Counted from the stretch's first letter, positions 1 to 10,287 are shown. The stretch is DNA of 64,000 bases from Nitrososphaerota archaeon (GCA_040290255.1 PSMU01000001.1:256001-320000), one strand, 5' to 3'. Numbers and translations: made by a program. Notes: a model not told the origin generated them from the sequence alone.

Positions 1-1203
1 CCGCCGCCCTCGCGGCGCAGCAGCGTCAGCACCCTATACGCGTAGTTGCCGAAGTTATCCACGAGTTCGGAATTTATCTTCTCCCTGAAGTCGTCCCAGT
101 CGAAGTTCACGTCGGCCTGCGAGAGGGGCGTTATATAGGCCAGGTAAAAGCGCAGGTAGTCGGCCGGGAAGGCGGCCAAGAAGTCCCTGAGCGAAATATA
201 CCACCTCCTGCTCTTGGAGATCTTCTTGCCCTGAAGCAATAGGTGCCCCCTGGTGGGAATGTAATCGGGAAGCTTGAACCTCCCGTCGGCCAGCCTCATG
301 GCGGGCAGGAAGAGATAATGATGGTACACGATGTCCTTTCCTATAAAGTGGTAGATGGTGGCCTCGTTCCACTTCCTCTCCCCCTCATGCCCCAGCAGGA
401 GGAGCGCGGCGCTGATGTAGCAGAGATGGTTGTCGAACCAGCCGTAGAGCACCTGCCCCTCCGCCTCTTCGAGCGGTATGGGCACGCCCCAGCTTATGTC
501 CCTCGTTATGTCCCAATCGGCCAGCCCTTCCTCTATCCACCTCATGACGTAGTTAACCACGTCCTCCTGCAGGCGCCCGTTGCCCCTCAGCCACTCCCTT
601 AACCGGTCCGAGAAGGCCGAGAGCCTGAAGAAATAGTGGGGCACGCTCCTGAGCGAGGGAGGACGCCCGCAGAGCGCGCAGGCCCTATCCCTGAGCTCCG
701 AGGGCGAGTATGTGCGGCCGCAGACCTCACAATAATCTCCGTACTGGTCCCTTGCCCCGCAAAAGGGGCAGGTGCCCCTTAGGTAGCGGTCGGGCAGGAA
801 CTTCTTATCATGCTCGCAATAGTACTGCTGTACTTCCCTCCTGTAGATGTATCCTGCCCTATAGAGGCGCAGGAAGAACTCCTGGACGAACGCGACGTTC
901 TCGGGGCTGCTGGTCTGGTGAAAGATATCGAACTTTATGCCCACGGCTTCAAAGTCCTCCAGGTCCCTCTTCCACCACCCGCGCACGAACTCCTGAGGGC
1001 TCTTGCCCTCGCGCTCCGCCTGGATGAGGATGGGCGTGCCGAAGTCATCGGTGGCACAGATGAAGTACGTCTCGACACCCTTGAGCCTCAGGAACCGGAC
1101 GAAGATATCAGGGGGAAGGTAGGTGGAGGCCAGGTGGCCCAGGTGGATCTCGCCGTTGGCATAGGGAAGGGCCGCCGTAACGATGACCCTGCTGAGCGCG
1201 CAT
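1..1203 (-). CDS. metG: Methionyl-tRNA synthetase (N-terminal part; runs off window edge)
   Basis: Not in ORF track; manual translation from ATG 1203 gives [43 protein letters not shown]...ATDDFGTPI (HIGH region), with Zn-knuckle Cys pairs; GGAGGTG immediately upstream. Confidence 0.95.
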
Positions 1204-1211
1204 CACCTCCC

Positions 1212-2450
1212 TCATAGGGCCCAGCTCTCCGCATATTTAACCTGCTCCTCGGTGAGCGCGTCGAGCGCTATGCCGTAGGCCCCGAGCGTGGCCCTGGCCA
1301 CCTCCTCATCCACCTCCTGAGGCACGGGCACGAGCCTCTTCTCAAGCCTTGGCGCTTCGTTGGCCAAGTACAGCAGCGAGAGCAGCTGGTTGGAGAAGCT
1401 CATCATCATCACCTCGGGGGGATGGCCCTCCGCGCAGACCAGGTTCACCACCCTTCCCTCGGCCAGGAGATACAGGCGCCGGCCGTCGGGCAACTCGTAC
1501 TCCGTGACGTTGGGCCTGACTTCCCGGCTCGCCCTGGCCATCCTCTTCAGCGCCCCGACGTTCACCTCCACGTCGAAGTGGCCCGCGTTGGCCAGCACGG
1601 CGCCGTCCTTCATGTTCAGCAGGTGGGGCTCATCGATGACGTTGATCTGGCCAGTGCAGGTGATGAAGAGGTCTCCCAGGGGCGCCGCCTGGCGCATGCT
1701 CATGACCTCATAGCCCTGGAGGAGGGCCTCGAGGGCCCTGATCGGGTTCACCTCGGTGACCACCACGCGGGCCCCCAGGCCCCTCGCCCTCGCGGCAACG
1801 CCCCTGCCCACCCACCCATAGCCCGCCACGACGACGACCTTTCCGGCCAGCAGCAGGCTCGTGGCCCTTAGGATGCCGTCGAGCGTGCTCTGCCCCGTGC
1901 CATATCGGTTGTCGAAGAGGAACTTGGTGCTCGCGTTGTTCACGGCTATGATGGGATAAGCGAGCCCCCGCTGCCTCTCAAGGGCCCTGAGCCGAAGCAC
2001 GCCGGTGGTCGTCTCCTCGGTGCCCCCCTCGATCCTCGCAGCATACCCCTCGCTGTGGGCCATGACGTGCGCATCCGCGCCATCGTCCACCTGCAGGCTC
2101 GGCCCCGCCCTCAGCACATTTCTTATGCAGGCCTTATACTGCTCGGTACTCTGCCCCCTCCAGGCCCAGACCTCGACCCCCTCGCTCAGGAGGTAGGCGG
2201 CGATGTCGTCCTGGGTCGAGAGAGGGTTCGCGCCCGCCAGGTAGACTTCGGCGCCGAGCTGCTGCAGGCCCTTGACGAACACGGCCGTCTCCTTGGTCAC
2301 GTGCAGGCAGACGCCCACCTTTTTTCCCTTGAGGGGGGCCTTGGGCCTCTGGTCCTCTATTATGCGCGTGAGCGTGGGCATGTGGCGCCAGGCCCAGCTG
2401 AAGTTAATGGCCCCCCTGGGCGCCAGCGACTCATCGGCTACCCTCTTCAA
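1212..2450 (-). CDS. ahcY: Adenosylhomocysteinase
   Basis: CLHVTKET, NPLSTQD, EETTTGV, FDNRYGTGQS, GYGWVGRG, NAGHFDVE, AEGHP motifs; likely TTG start at 2450 (track extends to 2540). Confidence 0.95.
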   Translation of the reverse strand: MKRVADESLAPRGAINFSWAWRHMPTLTRIIEDQRPKAPLKGKKVGVCLHVTKETAVFVKGLQQLGAEVYLAGANPLSTQDDIAAYLLSEGVEVWAWRGQSTEQYKACIRNVLRAGPSLQVDDGADAHVMAHSEGYAARIEGGTEETTTGVLRLRALERQRGLAYPIIAVNNASTKFLFDNRYGTGQSTLDGILRATSLLLAGKVVVVAGYGWVGRGVAARARGLGARVVVTEVNPIRALEALLQGYEVMSMRQAAPLGDLFITCTGQINVIDEPHLLNMKDGAVLANAGHFDVEVNVGALKRMARASREVRPNVTEYELPDGRRLYLLAEGRVVNLVCAEGHPPEVMMMSFSNQLLSLLYLANEAPRLEKRLVPVPQEVDEEVARATLGAYGIALDALTEEQVKYAESWAL

Positions 2451-3798
2451 CGTTCGCGCCGGCCCGCTGCAGTAAATTAAGCTTAGCCTCCTCGACCTGG
2501 GCCAGGAGCTCCTCCAGGTCGACCAAGACGGGCCTCCCATTCTCCACGACGAGTCTGCCCTGCACCCACACGTGGCTGACGTTGCTGGGCCTCGCGGAAT
2601 AGACCAGCGCGTAGACGGGGTCGTAGACCGGGAAGGTGTTGTGCCTCCTCAGGTTAAAGAGCACGAGGTCGGCCAGGTAGCCCTTCGCTATCCTCCCGAG
2701 CCTCTCGCCCAGGCCCAGGGCCTTCGCCCCGTTCTCCGTGGCCAGCCTGAGCGAAGTATAGGCATCAAGCGCCGTCGGGTCGCCCGAGGCCACCTTCTGA
2801 AGCAGCGAAGCGACCTTGACCGTCTCCAGCATGTCCAGCGTGTTGTTCGAGGCGGGGCCGTCGGTGCCCAGCCCCACGTTGACGCCTTTCCTGAGGAACA
2901 TGGCCAGCGGCGCAATGCCCATCGCGAGCTTCATGTTGGCGATGGGATTTGAGGCTATCGAGGCCGAGGCCCGGGCGAAGTGCTCGGCGTCCTGCTCGCT
3001 GATATGAATGCAGTGGGCCGCGATCAGGTCGGGGCCCAGCAGGCCGGCGGCCCTTAGGTACTGCGCGAAGCCGCCGCTCAGGTCCACGCCGTACTTCTTC
3101 CGCACCTCCTCCGCCTCCCTGGGCTCCTCGGCCAGGTGAATGCTCAGCTTCACGGGCCCCCTTTCGCCATACCTCTCCTTCAGCTCGGCGTGCAGCTCCG
3201 CGCTTCTCCTGAGCAGCCGAGGGGAGACGCTATAGGGCGCATGGGGACCCACGCAGGCGAAGATCCTGCCCTCCCTCCCATGCCAGCTCGAGAAGAGGCG
3301 CTCCGTCTTGCGGAGCCCCTCCTGCTCGGTCCAGTCAAAGTAGCCGTGAGCTATGAAGGCCCTCAGCCCGGCCTGAAAGCAGGCGGCGGCTTCGTTGAGC
3401 TCCTCGCTCTCATAGAAGTACATGCTGAGCGCGCAGGTCGTGCCCGAAAGCAGGGCCTCGACGGCCGCCAGCTTTGCGCCCAGATAGATATCCCTGGGCG
3501 TGAGCTTTGCTTCGAGCGGCCAGACCCTCTTCTGCAGCCAATCCATCAGGGGCAGGTCCTCGGCGTAGCCCCTCAACAGGGCCATGGCCAGGTGCGTGTG
3601 AAGATTTATGAAGCCGGGCAGGAGGAGCCCGCCCCTTCCTTCTAGGCGCTCATAACGAGGATACCTGGGGCCCAGTTCATCGTAGGGCCCCACGTCCGCT
3701 ATCTCGCCCCCCTCGACCACGACCGCGCCGTCCCTGAGCACGCGGCCCGTGAAGACATAATCGGCCCTGATGAGGTAGGCCTGCTCGCCCCGCGCCAT
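2431..3798 (-). CDS. MTA/SAH deaminase-family amidohydrolase (MtaD/DadD-like)
   Basis: PGFINLHTH, GPHAPY, IHLAE, AAHC, LGTDGPASNNTLD motifs; overlaps ahcY start. Confidence 0.88.
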   Translation of the reverse strand: MARGEQAYLIRADYVFTGRVLRDGAVVVEGGEIADVGPYDELGPRYPRYERLEGRGGLLLPGFINLHTHLAMALLRGYAEDLPLMDWLQKRVWPLEAKLTPRDIYLGAKLAAVEALLSGTTCALSMYFYESEELNEAAACFQAGLRAFIAHGYFDWTEQEGLRKTERLFSSWHGREGRIFACVGPHAPYSVSPRLLRRSAELHAELKERYGERGPVKLSIHLAEEPREAEEVRKKYGVDLSGGFAQYLRAAGLLGPDLIAAHCIHISEQDAEHFARASASIASNPIANMKLAMGIAPLAMFLRKGVNVGLGTDGPASNNTLDMLETVKVASLLQKVASGDPTALDAYTSLRLATENGAKALGLGERLGRIAKGYLADLVLFNLRRHNTFPVYDPVYALVYSARPSNVSHVWVQGRLVVENGRPVLVDLEELLAQVEEAKLNLLQRAGANVEEGSR

Positions 3799-3851
3799 GG
3801 CGCGAAGGGGCAATGTTAAATAATAATGTTATTCGCCCGCAGCCCAAGGGC

Positions 3852-4265
3852 ATGGAGCTTACGTACGAGGCGCTGCTCGACCGCCTCTATGGCCGACTCG
3901 AGAAGCTGGGGATCAAGCCCGTCAAGAGCCGCCTGGAGGCGCCGCCGCCGCAGGTGATCAATATGGGCAACAGGACGGTGCTGCGGAACTTCCTTGAATA
4001 CGCCAGGCTCTTCAGGAGGGAGCCGGCCGAGCTGCTGGGCTACCTCAGCAGGGCCCTGGCCACCTCGGCGCACCTAGATGGGGAGAGGGCCATCTTCAAG
4101 GGCAACAAGGATGCGGCCGCCGTGCAGGCCGCGATCGCCAAGTATCAGAGGGAGTATGTGAACTGCCCGGTCTGCGGCTCGCCGGATACCAGGCTGGAGA
4201 AGGTGAAGAAGGTGCTCTACCTGGTCTGCGAGGCCTGCGGCGCCAGGTCGCCGCGAGGGGCATGA
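3852..4265 (+). CDS. Translation initiation factor aIF-2 beta
   Basis: YEALLDRLY, NFLEYAR..R.P, C-terminal CPVCGSPDT...CEACGA zinc ribbon. Confidence 0.92.
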   Translation: MELTYEALLDRLYGRLEKLGIKPVKSRLEAPPPQVINMGNRTVLRNFLEYARLFRREPAELLGYLSRALATSAHLDGERAIFKGNKDAAAVQAAIAKYQREYVNCPVCGSPDTRLEKVKKVLYLVCEACGARSPRGA

Positions 4266-4570
4266 GCGGGGACAGGCGCTTCGCGAGCAGGGCCCTCAGG
4301 GCCCAGGGCAGGTTCTTGGTGAGCATCTGCGATGCCGAGCTGCTGGGCACCACGCTCAGGGGAGATGGCGTGGAGATAAGGATAGACCAGGCCCGGTACG
4401 GCGGGGGGCTCATCGATGAGCGATACGCGCTGCAGCTGGTCAGGAGCGGCGACATAATCGACCTGGTGGGGCGCCGCATCGTGCAGCTGGCGCTCGACAA
4501 CGGCCTCGGCCATCCCGATGGCGTAAAGCTCGTGGGCGATGTGCCCTTCCTCTTCATCTACAGGCTTTAG
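4262..4570 (+). CDS. DUF424 family protein
   Basis: VSICDAELLG..L, YGG, DLVG pattern; usual position next to aIF-2b. Confidence 0.8.
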   Translation: MSGDRRFASRALRAQGRFLVSICDAELLGTTLRGDGVEIRIDQARYGGGLIDERYALQLVRSGDIIDLVGRRIVQLALDNGLGHPDGVKLVGDVPFLFIYRL

Positions 4571-4611
4571 GCTCCGGTAGGTTTATCTAAGGCTTAGCGA
4601 AATTCAGTCGC

Positions 4612-4920
4612 ATGGGAAAGCGAAAGGTGCTGAGCGAGGAGGAGCTAAAGGAGCTCGTGCTCCCCGGGCAGGGGGAGATGCTGGGGAGGGTGATCAGGCT
4701 GCTGGGAGGGGATAATATACTGGTGCGGTGCGTGGACGGGAAGGAGAGGCTGGCCAGGATCAGGGGCAAGCTGAAGAAGAGGATATGGGTGCGGGACGGC
4801 GACGTGGTGCTGGTGGCGCCTTGGGACTTCAAGGACGATAGGGCGGACGTGCTGTGGCGCTATACGGTGGCCCAGGTGGACTGGCTCCGGGCCAACGGCT
4901 ACCTGCCCCCCGACCTGTAG
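4612..4920 (+). CDS. eif1a: Translation initiation factor aIF-1A
   Basis: LLGGDNILVRCVDGKERLARIRGKLKKRIWVRDGDVVLVAPWDF. Confidence 0.96.
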   Translation: MGKRKVLSEEELKELVLPGQGEMLGRVIRLLGGDNILVRCVDGKERLARIRGKLKKRIWVRDGDVVLVAPWDFKDDRADVLWRYTVAQVDWLRANGYLPPDL

Positions 4921-4922
4921 GC

Positions 4923-5717
4923 TTGCCCGGCCGAGAAGAGGAGTTCGACGAGGCCAGGCTGAAAAAGGCACTGGAGGCGCTGCGCAGGCTCGAGTACAGG
5001 GATAGGTTCAGGATAAAGGGGGAGGAGCAGAGGGAGGTCTTGGAGCAGGTCTTCGATGAGAGGACGTTGATGACGCTTTATGAGCTGGCGAACAGGGGGG
5101 CCTTCAGCGTGCTGGACGGGGCCATCAGCTCGGGCAAGGAGGCCCGTGTTTACTGGGCCCGCCGGGGCGATGGCGGCGAGCTGGCCGTGAAGATCTTCGC
5201 GTATGCCGCGCTGCGCTTCAAGCACAGGCTCCCCTACATACAGGGTGACCCTCGCTTCTCTCGCTTCCCGAGGCGCTCCCACAAGTTCATAGATGTCTGG
5301 GCGAGGAAGGAGTTCGCGAACCTCAGCCAGGCCTACCAGGCGGGCGTGGCGGTGCCCAGGCCCTATGCGATAAGGCGCAACGTGCTCGTGATGCAATTCG
5401 TCGGCAGGGACGGCGTGCCCGCGCCCCGCTTTGTGGATGCCAAGCAGGAGCTCAGGGCCGCGCACTACGATGCGCTGCTGGGCGAGGTGGCAAAGCTCTA
5501 CAGGAAGGCGCGGCTCGTGCACGCCGACCTCTCGGAGTACAACGTCTTCTACTGGGAGGATGGGCCCGTGCTCTTTGACTTCGGCTCGGCCGTGGATACA
5601 TCGCACCCGTCGGCGCAGGCCTTCCTGGCCAGGGACCTTATCAACGTCAACCGCTTCTTCTCCGAGCTGGGCGTGCCCGTGCTGCCGCTGGAGGAGCTGC
5701 TGAAGAGGGTGATGTAG
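4923..5717 (+). CDS. rio1: RIO1 serine protein kinase
   Basis: ISSGKEARVY, WARKEFANL, LVHADLSEYN, DFG; TTG start at 4923. Confidence 0.93.
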   Translation: MPGREEEFDEARLKKALEALRRLEYRDRFRIKGEEQREVLEQVFDERTLMTLYELANRGAFSVLDGAISSGKEARVYWARRGDGGELAVKIFAYAALRFKHRLPYIQGDPRFSRFPRRSHKFIDVWARKEFANLSQAYQAGVAVPRPYAIRRNVLVMQFVGRDGVPAPRFVDAKQELRAAHYDALLGEVAKLYRKARLVHADLSEYNVFYWEDGPVLFDFGSAVDTSHPSAQAFLARDLINVNRFFSELGVPVLPLEELLKRVM

Positions 5718-5733
5718 GCTGCCGGCGCACTTC

Positions 5734-6297
5734 GTGAAGAACCTGAAGGTGCCCCTGGAGCGGGTGGGCGTGCTGATAGGAAGGGCGGGGGAGGTGAAGA
5801 GGAGGATAGAGGAGGCCTGCCGCGTCAAGCTGGAGGTGAACGGGGCGACGGGCGATGTCACGATAACGCTGGCGGACGATCCGGGCGAGGCGGCCCCGCT
5901 GAAGGCGGCCGAGATCGTCATGGCCATCGGCCGCGGCTTCTCCCCCGACAGGGCCTTTTCGCTGCTGGAGGAGGGCTGGGAGCTGAGGGTCGTGGACCTA
6001 ATGGAGTACGCGCGCTCGAGGGAGGACCTGCCCAGGGTAAGGGCCCGCCTGATCGGCAGCCAGGGCAAGGCCAGGAGGACGATCGAGGAGCTGACGGGCA
6101 CCTACGTTTCCATTTACGGCGACACGGCCTGCGTGGTCGGCCAGCACGAGCATGCCGCCATCGCGGAGGAGGCGATAAGGAAGCTCGCCTCGGGCTCGCC
6201 CCATGCGGCCGTCTACTCCTTTCTGCAGAGGATGAGGAGGACGCTAAAGCTGGAGGAGCTGGGCCTCTGGGAAGGGAAGGTGCTTGGCCAGGGCTAG
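5734..6297 (+). CDS. KH-domain pre-rRNA processing protein (Dim2/Pno1-like)
   Basis: RVGVLIGRAG, AIGRGFSPDRA, RLIGSQGKARRTIEELT, GSPHAAVY. Confidence 0.92.
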   Translation: MKNLKVPLERVGVLIGRAGEVKRRIEEACRVKLEVNGATGDVTITLADDPGEAAPLKAAEIVMAIGRGFSPDRAFSLLEEGWELRVVDLMEYARSREDLPRVRARLIGSQGKARRTIEELTGTYVSIYGDTACVVGQHEHAAIAEEAIRKLASGSPHAAVYSFLQRMRRTLKLEELGLWEGKVLGQG

Positions 6298-7849
6298 CCG
6301 CCAGGAGTTCAAGGAGATAAGCCCCTCCGAATTCTTCTACAGGAATAGGGAGCTCGCCGGCTTCTCCAACCCCAGCCGCTCGCTCTACTCCGCCGTCAGG
6401 GAGTTGGTCGAAAACTCCTTGGATGCCTGCGAGCTGAACGGCATCCTGCCCAGCGTGCAGATAAGGATCGCCAGCGCGGAGCAGGACCGACTTGACCCCA
6501 GGCTTTACACGCTCACGGTCGAGGATAATGGGCCCGGCATAAGGGCCGAGCAGCTGCCCAGCGCCTTCGGCAAGGTCTTTTATGGCTCGAAGTTCGTCCT
6601 AAGGCAGAGCAGGGGCCTCTTTGGGCTGGGCGGGACGATGGCCATCCTCTATGCCCAGATCACGAGCAGCCAGCCGGCCCTCATCGCCTCCTGCACGGAC
6701 GGGGAAACGGGCATTAGGGTCAAGCTGCTGATAGATGTGGAGAGAAATCAGCCCATCGTGGTCGAAAGGCAGGCCTTCGCGGCGGGGGGATGGAGGGGGC
6801 TGCGGGTCACCATCACGCTGCTGGGCGACTACTCCAGGGCCCAGGCCAAGCTGCTCGAATACGTGAGACAGACGGCCATGGCCGCGCCCTATGCGGAGCT
6901 GCGCTACGAGGACCCCTTCGGCAAGGCGTATGAGTTCGCCAGGCTCACGGAGGTCATGCCCCCTCCTCCCAAGGAGATCCTGCCTCACCCCCATGGGCTG
7001 GACGTCGAGACGATCCGGAGGCTGATCAGGAGGGAGGCGGACCGCCCCCTGGCCGAGCTCCTGGTGAGGAACCTACACCGCGTGGGCGAGAAGACCGCGC
7101 GGGCCTTCTTGGCGCAGAACGGCTTCGACCCGGAGAGGAGGGCGGGCGAGCTCTCGAACGAGGAGGCCGTGCGCCTCTTCAAGGCCCTCCAGAGCTATGA
7201 GGGGTTCATGAGGCCCGATGCCTCCTGCCTCTCGCCGCTGGGCGAGGAGCTGCTGCTCCTGGGCGTCAAGAGGGAGCTGAAGCCCGAGTTCGCGGTGGCC
7301 TGCAGCCGCCCGCCGGCGAGCTACTCGGGCCATCCGTTCATCGTGGAGGCCGCTGTTGCTTACGGCGGCGCGCTGCCGCCAGGATTGAGGCTGTACAGAT
7401 TCGCGAACCGCATCCCCCTGCTCTACGACGAGATGAGCGACGTGAGCTGGAAGGTGCTGAACGAGGGCGTGAACTGGACCCGCTACCGCCTGAACCCCGA
7501 GATGCCCCTGGCCGTGGTGACGCACATCTGCAGCACCAAGGTGCCCTACAAGACGGTGGGGAAGGAGTACATAGCGGACCAGCCCGAGCTGGAGAGGGAG
7601 CTGACGGGCGCGATCAGGGAATGCTTCAGGAAGCTCTCCGCATACCTTTCACGGAAGGGCTCCCTCGAGCAGCGCGTCAAGAGGTTCGAGCTCTACAAGA
7701 AGTACCTGCCCTTGTTGGCGGAATTTTCCAGGGGGCTGGCCCGAAGGCCCAGGGCCCCCTCCTACCGGGCCCTGTTGGAAAGGTTATATCGCGAGGGAGG
7801 GCTGGCCGAGCAGCATGGCGGCGGAAACGAAGAGGACGAAGGTCCTTGA
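6284..7849 (+). CDS. top6B: DNA topoisomerase VI subunit B
   Basis: SPSEFFYRN, RELVENSLDA, EDNGPG, QSRGLFGLG, RFANRIPL. Confidence 0.96.
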   Translation: MARASRQEFKEISPSEFFYRNRELAGFSNPSRSLYSAVRELVENSLDACELNGILPSVQIRIASAEQDRLDPRLYTLTVEDNGPGIRAEQLPSAFGKVFYGSKFVLRQSRGLFGLGGTMAILYAQITSSQPALIASCTDGETGIRVKLLIDVERNQPIVVERQAFAAGGWRGLRVTITLLGDYSRAQAKLLEYVRQTAMAAPYAELRYEDPFGKAYEFARLTEVMPPPPKEILPHPHGLDVETIRRLIRREADRPLAELLVRNLHRVGEKTARAFLAQNGFDPERRAGELSNEEAVRLFKALQSYEGFMRPDASCLSPLGEELLLLGVKRELKPEFAVACSRPPASYSGHPFIVEAAVAYGGALPPGLRLYRFANRIPLLYDEMSDVSWKVLNEGVNWTRYRLNPEMPLAVVTHICSTKVPYKTVGKEYIADQPELERELTGAIRECFRKLSAYLSRKGSLEQRVKRFELYKKYLPLLAEFSRGLARRPRAPSYRALLERLYREGGLAEQHGGGNEEDEGP

Positions 7850-8891
7850 GGCCTTCAGGGCGCTGGGCGATAGGCTCTGCTCCATGCTCGAGAAGGGCGA
7901 GTTCCCCAGGCTGGAGCTCAAGAGTCGGTCGGTCTCCAACATCATCTACGATGAGGCGCTAAGGCAGTTCACGCTGGGCCCCAAGAGGGTCCTGCTGAAC
8001 TTCGGCAACGTAAAGCAGGTCAGGAGGTTCACGCAGCTCGTCTGGCTGGCGTACTTTTCCAGCCTGCTCGTGCGGCAGAGGAGGACGAGCACGCTCAGGG
8101 ATGTTTACTACTCGGCCCAGGCCTATCGGCTCGACTTCGCCGACCAAGATGAGAGCGATGAGAGGATTATAGAGCTCGAGACGCTGCTGGGCGCCATCAG
8201 GGAGGCCTTCAACATCTATCCCGAGGAGCGCAGCTCCATCTTCGGGGACCTGGTGATAGAGTATACCACGCCCGGCTACGAGGGCAGGAGGCTCAACCTC
8301 TCCTCCCACCCGGACGGCTATATGATAGGCCCCTCGCTCAGCACGGCCGAGCTAATAGAGACGAGCGCCGAGAGGGTGCTGGCCGTCGAGAAGGGGGGGC
8401 TCTTCACGCGCTTTGTGGAGGAGAAGGTGCACCAGAGGTATAGGGCCCTTCTCGTGGACCTCGCCGGCCAGGCGCCCCGGGCCACGAGATACCTGCTCAG
8501 GCGCCTGAACCAGGAGCTGGGCCTGCCCGTGCTGATACTGACGGACGGGGATCCCTGGGGCGCGCACATCGCGGCCGTCATCGTATCGGGTTCGGCCAAC
8601 GCCGCCCACGTGCCCGAGATCAACGTGCCGGAGGCGAAGTGGGTGGGCGTCTGGGCCACGGACATAAGGAAGTGGAGGCTGCCCTCGGACCCCTTCACGG
8701 AGCAGGACGCCAAGAGGCTGCAGGAGCTGCTGCAGGACCCGCGCTACCATGGTGGCATCTGGAGGGAGCAGCTCGAGGCCTTCGCGAAGCTGAGGAGGAA
8801 GTCCGAGCTGGAGGCCTTCTCCAAGTACGGGCTCACGGCCATCGTCGATAAGTACCTGCCCGAGAAGATACGGTTGGCCGAGAGCCTTTAA
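7815..8891 (+). CDS. top6A: DNA topoisomerase VI subunit A
   Basis: STLRDVYY catalytic Tyr region, VEKGG, TDGDPWG Toprim motifs. Confidence 0.96.
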   Translation: MAAETKRTKVLEAFRALGDRLCSMLEKGEFPRLELKSRSVSNIIYDEALRQFTLGPKRVLLNFGNVKQVRRFTQLVWLAYFSSLLVRQRRTSTLRDVYYSAQAYRLDFADQDESDERIIELETLLGAIREAFNIYPEERSSIFGDLVIEYTTPGYEGRRLNLSSHPDGYMIGPSLSTAELIETSAERVLAVEKGGLFTRFVEEKVHQRYRALLVDLAGQAPRATRYLLRRLNQELGLPVLILTDGDPWGAHIAAVIVSGSANAAHVPEINVPEAKWVGVWATDIRKWRLPSDPFTEQDAKRLQELLQDPRYHGGIWREQLEAFAKLRRKSELEAFSKYGLTAIVDKYLPEKIRLAESL

Positions 8892-8904
8892 CGGCTATAT
8901 AGCC

Positions 8905-9138
8905 TTGGCGGCCGGGGGCCCCATGGCGCTTAGCAAGGAGAAGGAGATCTCGGCGCGGCGGGTCAGCGCCTTCATAAAGCTCTTGGCCCTCGCGACGCTG
9001 ATAATAGGCTCCGTCCTGTTCGCGCTCACGTACCTGACGCCCATGCCCGGGCCGTTGGCCGCGCTCTTCTACATGGCCTCGGCCTTCCTCCTGGGCGCCG
9101 CGCTGCTGGCGCTCATCGCCAATGTGAAGGTGGATTAG
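8905..9138 (+). CDS. Small two-TM membrane protein
   Basis: Two hydrophobic helices; abuts the next gene. Confidence 0.65.
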   Translation: MAAGGPMALSKEKEISARRVSAFIKLLALATLIIGSVLFALTYLTPMPGPLAALFYMASAFLLGAALLALIANVKVD

Positions 9139-9139
9139 C

Positions 9140-10138
9140 TTGGCGAAGATAGGCCTGGCACTCCTGGGCCTCGGGCGCGTGGGCCGGGCCCTCGTGGGGC
9201 TGCTGGCCCGCCGCCCCCTGGAGGGGCTCTGGCATGATACCGTGGGCGGCTACCGTCTGGAGGATATAGAGCTCAGGGCGGTCTATGACGTGGACCCCGA
9301 AAAGGTGGGCAGGCCTCTCTCCGAGCTCGTGCCCGGATATCAGGGCGAACTCCGCGTCGAAAGGGGCGTGCTGCTGGAGCGGCTCCCCTTCCTGGAAGCG
9401 CCCGTGACGCCCAGGCCCGATGAGGAGGCCTTCGCCGGGAGGCTCAGGGCCTCCGGGGCTCATATGGCCCTGAACCTCATCACCTCCGGCGCCCCGGAAT
9501 CGGCCCGCTTCTACTGCCTCTCCTCGCTCAGGGCGGGCCTTTCGTTCATCAACGCGGCCCCCGTAAGGCTGGCCGCCGATCCTCAGCTGGCCGGCGAGTT
9601 CGGGAGAAGGGGGCTGATAATTGCGGGCGATGACCTGCTCAGCCAGCTGGGGGCGACGGCGCTTCACAGGGCGCTCATCTGGCTGCTGGCCAAGCGCGGG
9701 CTAAGGGTGCTCAGGAGCTACGAGCTGGACGTGGGCGGGGGCATGGACGCCCGCGCCTCGCTCCTTGATGAGGTGAAGGAGGCCAAGCGCTCGATCATAC
9801 GGGAGAGCCTCAGGAGGGAGCTGCCCTACCCCTTTCAGACGGCGGCCGGCACGGTGGAGTACGTGGAGTTCCTGGGCGAAAGGAGGGTCAGCTACATTTA
9901 CCTTGAGGGCGAGGCCCCCCTGGGCACGGTCTTCAGGATAGATGTGACGCTGAAGAGCGAGGACCCCGCGAACGCCGTGAACGTGCTGGTGGACGTAATA
10001 AGGGCCGTGGCCCGTGCCAAGGAGATGGGGGAGCGCGGCGCCGTGCCCGAGATCTGCGCCTACGGGTTTAAGCTGCCCCCGGAGGGGCCCAGCCTGCTGG
10101 AGGCCCAGGAGAGGTTCGAGGCCAAGTACTGCCCCTAG
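9140..10138 (+). CDS. Divergent myo-inositol-1-phosphate synthase-family protein
   Basis: GLGRVG Rossmann motif, YDVDPEKVG, GDDLLSQLGAT, ELDVGG. Confidence 0.8.
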   Translation: MAKIGLALLGLGRVGRALVGLLARRPLEGLWHDTVGGYRLEDIELRAVYDVDPEKVGRPLSELVPGYQGELRVERGVLLERLPFLEAPVTPRPDEEAFAGRLRASGAHMALNLITSGAPESARFYCLSSLRAGLSFINAAPVRLAADPQLAGEFGRRGLIIAGDDLLSQLGATALHRALIWLLAKRGLRVLRSYELDVGGGMDARASLLDEVKEAKRSIIRESLRRELPYPFQTAAGTVEYVEFLGERRVSYIYLEGEAPLGTVFRIDVTLKSEDPANAVNVLVDVIRAVARAKEMGERGAVPEICAYGFKLPPEGPSLLEAQERFEAKYCP

Positions 10139-10176
10139 CCTTGCAAGATAAATATACGGCGTCCCCTACTCCATCT

Positions 10177-10250
10177 GGCGGCGTAGCTCAGCTCGGTAGA
10201 GCACCCGGCTGTTAACCGGGTGGTCGAGGGTTCGAATCCCTCCGCCGCCG
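10177..10250 (+). tRNA. tRNA-Asn(GTT), no intron
   Basis: GGCGGCG/CGCCGCC acceptor, CCCGG-ctGTTaa-CCGGG anticodon arm, GGTTCGAATCC T-loop; TATA-like element at 10147-10156. Confidence 0.97.
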
Positions 10251-10287
10251 CGGTAGGGCTTATTGCCCTGCCCTCCTGGCCAAGCGC

